Shown piece after piece: positions 36,252 to 41,392 of a DNA stretch of 41,392 nt; position 1 is the stretch's first letter, and each line of letters begins with the position of its first letter. The stretch is taken from the NCBI GenBank assembly GCA_021740225.1, contig JAIPAF010000001.1:1-41392 (forward strand), written 5' to 3'. The notes beneath the pieces were generated by a model. It searched no databases. It worked only from the letters and a program-made list of their open reading frames with translations, and had not been told where the DNA came from. This DNA comes from Bacteroidales bacterium (GTDB taxonomy: Bacteria > Bacteroidota > Bacteroidia > Bacteroidales > UBA12077). A program made the translations under genes and the position numbers.

Positions 36252-36382
36252 ACTGTAAGTCCGGGCATGCAGAACGTTTTATGATTTTTGGAATCCCTCG
36301 AATACCATTTTACTCTCCGATTATGGTTTGGCTCTTTTCAAATTGCCAAACAGATTCAGCTAAGCAGTTGAATGTAAGCTTC

Positions 36383-37018
36383 TTACAAGTTATCGGCTAT
36401 TGACTTTGACCCGATCATAATATCAAAATGAACGGTGAGTTTATTGCGTGCTTTAATTACTCCGTTCAACCGTGAGGGAGGTTTTATACCATATTGGATC
36501 ATATCAATGGTGTGTTTCCCCTTCACACGAAACCGGTGTTCCTTCAGATGTTTGACTTGAACTTGAAAAACAGCGGTATTCGTCACTTTTTTTATTTCCA
36601 GATCCCCTTTAATATTGAGCGGGTTCCACTTATAAAAATTTTCTATTTCCGGGGAGGTTTTCAACCCCCGGTAGGTATAAACAATTTTTCGTGTATCCGG
36701 ATAATTCAGGGCTTCGTGAATGTCCCGGTTCATCATCTTGTTACCACACTGTATGGAGCTTACATAGAGTGTAAGCGATAAATGTTCGGGCTGGATGATC
36801 AATGAGTCTTTGTGTGCGAACGTATGCCTTAATATACCCCTTGTTTTCAGCTGGAAACTGTCTATAGAGCAGACATAACTGCTTATGTTTGTTTTTCCCT
36901 CCAGCCAGATTTTGCTGCCCTCCTTTAATTCCAATTCTTCAAGATTCTGAGAATATGTTGGCAAAGAGGACAACAATATCAATATGGCAGGGATGAATAG
37001 CCTTCGAAAATCAGGCAT
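36383..37018 (-). CDS. YceI-like (lipid/polyisoprenoid-binding lipocalin-type) secreted protein, paralog 2
   Basis: 211 aa with a signal peptide. It is colinear with the upstream paralog (LEGKTNISSYVCSID vs FDGTSNVHDWDCEV; CGNKMMNRDIHEAL vs SGRNKMDDIMYDAL; GDLEIKKVTN vs GNLTIAGVTK). Confidence 0.65.
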   Translation of the reverse strand: MPDFRRLFIPAILILLSSLPTYSQNLEELELKEGSKIWLEGKTNISSYVCSIDSFQLKTRGILRHTFAHKDSLIIQPEHLSLTLYVSSIQCGNKMMNRDIHEALNYPDTRKIVYTYRGLKTSPEIENFYKWNPLNIKGDLEIKKVTNTAVFQVQVKHLKEHRFRVKGKHTIDMIQYGIKPPSRLNGVIKARNKLTVHFDIMIGSKSIADNL

Positions 37019-37032
37019 GTGAATTCCCGGGA

Positions 37033-37662
37033 TTATTTTGAAAATACTGCAGTAAATTGCACATTCACTTCATTTCCTGATTTTATGGCTCCGAACAAGG
37101 CTTTTGGCGGATCTACACTGAAATCCGTCATCATCAAATTTTTGCTGCCTGTAAACTGAAGGGTTTGATCATCCAATTGTTCACCTTTTACCTGCATGGC
37201 AATCTGTTTTGTCACTCCCGCAATGGTAAGATTACCTCTTGTTTGCAGAGTAAATGCATCTTCTGTCTTTTGAATAACTTTGGAACTGATCAGCTCGTAT
37301 TCAATTTTGGGATGCTCTTCTGCTTTCAGGGCATCATACATGATGTCGTCCATTTTGTTCCTCCCGCTTTCAATACTTTTTACCGGGATACTCAGTTGTA
37401 CATTTTTTACCGGGTTTTCCGGGGAATTGCTGCCATTAATAAGTGCCTGGGCAAATGCCCCTTGTCCTGTAATTTCGGTTACTTCACAATCCCAGTCGTG
37501 TACATTGGATGTCCCGTCAAAGGATAGCTCCGTATTGGAACCAATACGGAGTTGGATTGTATCCTGTGCCATTGCCGGTATGACAATGAACAGATTCATC
37601 AATACAAATAAAATTAGGTTGGATATGTGTTTGCTTTGTCTTTTTTTCGATTTATTTTTCAT
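37033..37662 (-). CDS. YceI-like secreted protein, paralog 1
   Basis: 209 aa with a signal peptide. SIPVKSIESGRNKMDDIMYDALKAEEHPKIEYEL and GNLTIAGVTKQIAMQV resemble the YceI core motifs (SIdT..RD.hL....F......F / G.LT..GVT). Confidence 0.7.
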   Translation of the reverse strand: MKNKSKKRQSKHISNLILFVLMNLFIVIPAMAQDTIQLRIGSNTELSFDGTSNVHDWDCEVTEITGQGAFAQALINGSNSPENPVKNVQLSIPVKSIESGRNKMDDIMYDALKAEEHPKIEYELISSKVIQKTEDAFTLQTRGNLTIAGVTKQIAMQVKGEQLDDQTLQFTGSKNLMMTDFSVDPPKALFGAIKSGNEVNVQFTAVFSK

Positions 37663-37814
37663 AGTTTTTCCTTTTCTTTTAATAATTTACCAACAATTGA
37701 TAAGGGCAATTTGCTCCGTAGATTCGTGTGATTAAGAATATAGGATCCCTCACTTATACATGGAAGATGCTAAGTTACGGGTCTATCCTCAAATGGCCTG
37801 GAAGAATTAATGGA

Positions 37815-38264
37815 TCAAGCTTTATTCTGAGAATCCTGGCCCGAGTGAGATTTGTAGGAAAGCTGCTTTTTTACCAGATCATCGAGTGTGTGTTTTGAAA
37901 GATACTCGATGATTTGAGTATTCAGGCCCTCCCAAAAATCTTTACAAGCGCAGCAGTTCTCATACGGACAATCCACATTTTTTGAAAGGCATTCCACGAT
38001 GCTTATCTCCGGTTCAAAAGCTTTGTAAATCTCATATATGGTTATTTCATGGGGCTCGCGGGTGATGATGTATCCGCTTTTTTTACCTTTGACGTTTGTT
38101 ATCAAACCTGCAGCTTTCAACGCCGAAATGATTTGATCAAGATATTTAAACGATATATTCTGATTTTTGGAAATGTCCTTTTGGTAAATCCCGTTTTGAG
38201 ATTTACTCATGCCTATTTCCATCATTGTTCTGATGCCATATCTTGTTTTTGTGTTAAATTTCAA
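37815..38264 (-). CDS. Rrf2 family transcriptional regulator with a C-terminal Cys cluster
   Basis: The N-terminus (M)KFNTKTRYGIRTMMEIG is a typical Rrf2 start. The wHTH is ISKNQNISFKYLDQIISALKAAGLI. The Cys cluster is ECLSKNVDCPYENCCACKDFW. The ORF track opens at 38300 (TTG). I prefer the in-frame TTG at 38264 by analogy with Rrf2 N-termini, but the start is uncertain. Confidence 0.85.
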   Translation of the reverse strand: MKFNTKTRYGIRTMMEIGMSKSQNGIYQKDISKNQNISFKYLDQIISALKAAGLITNVKGKKSGYIITREPHEITIYEIYKAFEPEISIVECLSKNVDCPYENCCACKDFWEGLNTQIIEYLSKHTLDDLVKKQLSYKSHSGQDSQNKA

Positions 38265-38304
38265 TATTCTATAATTAATTCGTTTGATAACATTGGTCAA
38301 ATTT

Positions 38305-38349
38305 AATGAATTCTCCGTATATTATTAAAAACGGAGAATTCATTTTTTT
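38305..38349. other. Perfect 14-bp inverted repeat hairpin (AATGAATTCTCCGT-12nt-ACGGAGAATTCATT) followed by T7 on the plus strand
   Basis: Read directly. It lies between the porin-like gene stop (38364) and the Rrf2 start. It could be an intercistronic terminator/attenuator or an operator. Confidence 0.6.
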
Positions 38350-38363
38350 AGCCCATCCGGCCA

Positions 38364-39590
38364 TTAAAAGGATATAGCAGCTTCCAGCATCATCCCGTTG
38401 AATCCTGCATCTTCGCCATATTGCGATGTAAACTCTTCATAGTTTTGATTAACATATTCAAGTTTTGTCTTGATGTTGTCTGTCATATCCCATCCACCGA
38501 TCAACTGGTATCTATCGACAGATTGACCGGAGTCGTTCTCGACATAATTGTAACGGCCGCCGAAATAAAACTGGTTATTGCCACCGAAATGGTAAAGGGC
38601 TTCAGCCGCGTATTGGGTGAATTTGAATTCCTGACCTGAGAAGGCGCCAGTTCCGTCTGCCATCTCATAGGTGGTGAATACTTCAAGGCCATTGTATTGT
38701 ATGAATATATTTTGCATCAATGAATTTAATTGATCAGAAAATCCCGGTCCCCAGCGGCCAGTTGTATGAGGGCTGCTGGGATCCACATTTCCATTTTCAG
38801 TCTGTTCGTTCATGACCATGTAATATCGGGAACCCGCACGTTCACCGTAGTAAAGTGAACCAAAATGATGATTGCTTTGATGATAGCCTGAAAGAGTAGC
38901 CCGGAATCTCAAATCATCGTTGAATTGCTTGTCGTACCCTCCTTTCCAGTAAAATGCCAGTTCATCCGTCAGGTTGTATTCCGTGTAGTCGCCTGAATAG
39001 GAACTGTAACCTGTCAGGTCGGGCCGCAATGACCCGGAAGAAATAGCTCCCATGGCGAGCCAGCCGTCCTGACGGTATAAAATTTCCAGTCCCGGCGCTG
39101 TGGTAAAAGCATCCATGATGTAGTTGCCTACAAAATTGTTGCTGATTACATCCCCATTGTCCGAACGGAAAAAGTGTGCATCTCCGAAGTTGGTTTCCAT
39201 AACACCTACCTTGAGTGTGAGGTGGTCCATTATGTTGTCCATTGGTTTTGAATTTAAAAACGGCATCTCATCCATCAGCAGATACCCACCCTTTACCCAT
39301 GACTCCGGGTGATGACGGGATGAAAGATAGGTTCTCAGATAAACTTTCATTCCTCTTCCCAGCATTGCCGAAACGTTGAGATTGGCAGTAGGAAGATTGA
39401 AGTTGGAGCCAAGCGGAATAAGCGCTGAATCAGCTGAATGGCTTAGACCCTGAAACTGCAGGGCAAAATCAGCCCCTACATTGCCTTTTACCTTATTCAC
39501 CGTTGTGTCTGAAAGATTTTGCTCAAATTTTTGTCCGAAGATGGCTGATGATAATATCAACAAGCCGATTAGAATTCCTGTTTTTTTCAT
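38364..39590 (-). CDS. Outer-membrane beta-barrel (porin-like) protein of unknown specificity
   Basis: 408 aa with the signal peptide MKKTGILIGLLILSSAIFGQ. The composition is Y/G/N/F-rich with alternating residues. The C-terminus ends ...MLEAAISF with a terminal Phe. Confidence 0.7.
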   Translation of the reverse strand: MKKTGILIGLLILSSAIFGQKFEQNLSDTTVNKVKGNVGADFALQFQGLSHSADSALIPLGSNFNLPTANLNVSAMLGRGMKVYLRTYLSSRHHPESWVKGGYLLMDEMPFLNSKPMDNIMDHLTLKVGVMETNFGDAHFFRSDNGDVISNNFVGNYIMDAFTTAPGLEILYRQDGWLAMGAISSGSLRPDLTGYSSYSGDYTEYNLTDELAFYWKGGYDKQFNDDLRFRATLSGYHQSNHHFGSLYYGERAGSRYYMVMNEQTENGNVDPSSPHTTGRWGPGFSDQLNSLMQNIFIQYNGLEVFTTYEMADGTGAFSGQEFKFTQYAAEALYHFGGNNQFYFGGRYNYVENDSGQSVDRYQLIGGWDMTDNIKTKLEYVNQNYEEFTSQYGEDAGFNGMMLEAAISF

Positions 39591-39682
39591 AGCGATAAAT
39601 TTTTGTTTCTAATTGAATTTTAATGTTTAACGTTTAATTAATCTGTTTTTCTCGTATCACACGTTTGTTTTATGTAGAATTA

Positions 39683-39710
39683 TACTACTAATCCTACCGC
39701 TTTAGTAGTA
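39683..39710. promoter_or_regulatory. Perfect 9-bp inverted repeat TACTACTAA-N10-TTAGTAGTA upstream of the porin-like gene
   Basis: Read directly. It lies 93-120 nt upstream of the ATG at 39590 in a 274-bp intergenic region. Confidence 0.4.
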
Positions 39711-39864
39711 CAAAATAAATACATTTTATGTTCATTTCCAAAAAAATCCCTGGGAAATGTTATTATGTTCACAGTAAAATTACCATAATTCACATTGAGT
39801 GAGTCATTACGAATCTATATTATAAAACGGTAAATGACTACTCGGCTCTCAATTGAGCATTAGG

Positions 39865-40506
39865 CTAGTAACTACAGGAAGAACCGCAGCCACAGAAATT
39901 TCCGCTTTTCGCCTTTTCAAATGCTTCTCTTCCTTCCCTGAAGGCAAACCAAGCAATACCCAGAGATCCAATTGTATCAATGTATCCGATTTGAAAAATC
40001 TCATAAAGCCCACTGGATGCCAGCAGGATTAATGAAAGATAAAAGCATGATTTGGTACAGTTGGCATCAGCGATGATGGCGTCAGAGTTTAGGATCTTTC
40101 CGATTTTTAGTTTGTAACGCATCAGGAAAAACATGGTCAGAATGGAAATCACTGATATAATGATTCCCACGATTGTGGTTACAGGTTGGTTGTTTTGAAT
40201 AAAGTTCACTCCTGCACCGGCAATCAGACCTCCTGTAAGCAGGAAAAAGCTGAATCCTGTAATTCTGAGAGCCTGCTTTTCGAAACGGTCAGTATTTTCT
40301 CCGGCTCCCCGTTTCATCCTCCAAATCATGTGGGCAATACCCAAACCGGATATCACCTCTACAAAACTGTCTACACCGAAGCCCAAAAGTGCCAGAGTTT
40401 CATCCTGCATTCCAAAAAATACTGAGATAAGTCCTTCGATTACATTATAAGTGATAGTGATTATGCTGAGGGCGAATGCTATATTGAGTGCTTTTTCGAG
40501 ATTCAT
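39865..40506 (-). CDS. Short cation-diffusion-facilitator-like membrane protein (TM domain only) with C-terminal CGCGSSC motif
   Basis: 213 aa with about 6 TM helices. Acidic pairs sit in TM2 (GVDSFVE) and TM5 (ADANC), where CDF metal sites occur. There is no cytoplasmic CTD. The tail is KSGNFCGCGSSCSY. Confidence 0.6.
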   Translation of the reverse strand: MNLEKALNIAFALSIITITYNVIEGLISVFFGMQDETLALLGFGVDSFVEVISGLGIAHMIWRMKRGAGENTDRFEKQALRITGFSFFLLTGGLIAGAGVNFIQNNQPVTTIVGIIISVISILTMFFLMRYKLKIGKILNSDAIIADANCTKSCFYLSLILLASSGLYEIFQIGYIDTIGSLGIAWFAFREGREAFEKAKSGNFCGCGSSCSY

Positions 40507-40567
40507 GTTGTATGTTGCTTTATTTATTTTAACAGCTTATTCATTCAATTGTTAACCTGTGGCAATA

Positions 40568-40591
40568 CTTGAATGCTTGAATGCTTGAATG
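40568..40591. repeat. Perfect tandem repeat (CTTGAATG)x3
   Basis: Read directly. It lies 62-85 nt upstream of the CDF-like start codon (minus-strand reading CATTCAAG x3). Confidence 0.9.
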
Positions 40592-40637
40592 AGAGAATAT
40601 TGAAAGATCATGCAAGAATTATATTCCCGACGCTGGT

Positions 40638-40800
40638 TCAGGCATTGTCAATGCCAACTTCTTTCATGGCCAAAGCCTTTCTGAGTATACAATGAATGAT
40701 CCCTTTGAAATATTTATTTTCCTCTGCTCCACTAATTTCATAGGCTAAACCACCGAATAACTACCGACTGACTATTGAGTGGCAATCGAATGACAATTGA
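40638..40800 (-). pseudogene. Possible frameshifted, truncated relic of an LMW-PTP-type arsenate reductase (arsC-like)
   Basis: Minus-strand translation gives ..INCHSIATQ* in one frame, then LFGGLAYEISGAEENKYFKGIIHCILRKALAMKEVGIDNA* in another. These segments are colinear by eye with the ArsC segments CRSQMAEG / YSAGIE / AVKAMKEVGIDIS. There is no start codon, the catalytic P-loop Cys is missing, and only about 60 of roughly 140 aa are represented. Confidence 0.25.
40641..40655. promoter_or_regulatory. Perfect 7-1-7 palindrome GGCATTG-T-CAATGCC
   Basis: Read directly, inside the 385-bp spacer upstream of the CDF-like gene. Confidence 0.35.
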
Positions 40801-40822
40801 TTGGTTCTCTTCCTCCAACTCC

Positions 40823-40865
40823 TGTCAAACGTATTTGTGTCAAACTCTTTGTCAAACCTTCAAAC
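40823..40865 (-). promoter_or_regulatory. Three direct copies of GTTTGACA (minus strand) plus a partial fourth, which also spell a TTTG / 19 nt / TACGTTTG promoter-like arrangement
   Basis: Plus-strand TGTCAAAC occurs at 40823-40830, 40838-40845 and 40850-40857, with TTCAAAC at 40859-40865. On the minus strand the third-copy TTTG and TAcgTTTG (ending in the first copy) are spaced 19 nt apart. Confidence 0.4.
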
Positions 40866-40891
40866 AACTTATTCTGGTAAGGCGAAACCAA

Positions 40892-41392
40892 CTATTTTCC
40901 AACTTCTTCACGTACTTCCCCACAAGTCAGCATCTGATCGCCAAAGTATGGGTTTTCTACCTGGTCTTCCCCGCTTAGCCAGAAAGCTCCTTTGTCATTG
41001 TTTGCCATTGGGCAAAACTGTACATACAGCTCACCTTTTGGCACACTGAAGGTTTTTACCAGGGCAATCATATGATCCGATAGCTTGATGAAATGCTCTC
41101 TTTGTACTTCCAGCTTATCGGCATTTTGGATAGCCCGGGCTTTTTCATCAATTGCTTCCTGGTGTTCCATCCATTTCATATGTCCTTTATTGGAGAAGGC
41201 TCCCATATTCACCTTTGAAATGGCAGCTACCATTTTTTCTGCCTGGCTGTCCGCCATCTTGTCATTCACCAGGGCGTTTTTTAAAGCAAGGTAGCTCTCC
41301 GTCAATTTTTTGTATTGATCAGACTGAGAAGAAGGCCACTGTAGGGGCTTTTGTTCTTCTTCCATGGAAGAAGCGGATCCCTCCATATCACC
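40892..41392 (-). CDS. DUF3347 domain protein (metal-resistance-associated family), 5' end beyond the window
   Basis: The reading frame is open to the window edge. The C-terminus ...LYVQFCPMANNDKGAFWLSGEDQVENPYFGDQMLTCGEV matches the conserved DUF3347 end (C-P-M ... W-L-S ... NPYFG..ML.CG). Confidence 0.75.
   Translation of the reverse strand, partial: GDMEGSASSMEEEQKPLQWPSSQSDQYKKLTESYLALKNALVNDKMADSQAEKMVAAISKVNMGAFSNKGHMKWMEHQEAIDEKARAIQNADKLEVQREHFIKLSDHMIALVKTFSVPKGELYVQFCPMANNDKGAFWLSGEDQVENPYFGDQMLTCGEVREEVGK

Noticed and set aside
36206-36403. 65-aa plus-strand ORF after the MFS gene
   Set aside because: It runs straight through the strong terminator hairpin at 36222-36251 and into the convergent YceI-like gene, so it is almost certainly non-coding.
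40568-40865. Whether the short repeats could be a CRISPR array or a mobile-element terminus
   Set aside because: The repeat units are only 8 bp, either tandem without spacers or spaced 12-15 nt apart. No cas genes, transposase or terminal inverted repeats are nearby.
40775-41049. Two overlapping plus-strand ORFs (67 and 82 aa)
   Set aside because: They are antisense to the DUF3347 gene and the repeat-rich spacer, with no motifs. The repeats (GTCAAAC) explain the open frame.

Overview
This is an AT-rich chromosomal segment that looks like Bacteroidota. The evidence is a porP/sprF-gldK-gldL-gldM-gldN type IX secretion (T9SS)/gliding operon, a glycoside hydrolase with a T9SS C-terminal sorting domain, and several TTG...TAnnTTTG promoter-like motifs. 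Order is given left to right in window coordinates.

- **Left end:** a multi-pass membrane protein.
- **Minus-strand sensory block:** transcription runs from a multi-PAS/GAF histidine kinase to a REC-PAS-LuxR regulator. A 520-bp gap with a perfect 20-bp palindrome follows, then a membrane GAF-PAS coiled-coil protein with no visible output domain, then a stand-alone CZB zinc-binding-domain protein.
- **Housekeeping run:** an isolated tRNA-Ala(GGC), then panC, panD, an LPG-synthase-TM-like membrane protein, an rfaE2-like cytidylyltransferase, radA, a fused double ABC ATPase, PBP1A and topA.
- **T9SS region:** an arginase-fold protein whose metal-ligand motifs look degenerate sits between topA and the T9SS operon. 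manC follows the operon.
- **Large composite protein:** a 1038-aa protein combines an HExxH peptidase, a PD40 propeller and a beta-barrel.
- **Beta-glucan cluster:** GH3, then GH16 with a T9SS C-terminal domain (CTD), then a sugar-porter MFS transporter.
- **Right end (minus strand):** porin-like barrel, Rrf2 regulator and two YceI-like proteins. Beyond these lie a short CDF-like transporter with a Cys-rich tail, a repeat-rich 385-bp spacer that may hold an arsC-like relic, and a 5'-truncated DUF3347 gene.

I saw no CRISPR array, rRNA, transposase, integrase or obvious defence genes. Most of the window is ordinary core genome, and nothing here can be declared novel from sequence alone. The best candidates for under-described biology are:
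1. the output-less GAF-PAS plus stand-alone CZB pair, with the palindrome upstream;
2. the ureohydrolase-fold pseudoenzyme next to the T9SS operon;
3. the peptidase-propeller-barrel fusion;
4. the porin-Rrf2-YceI-YceI cluster.
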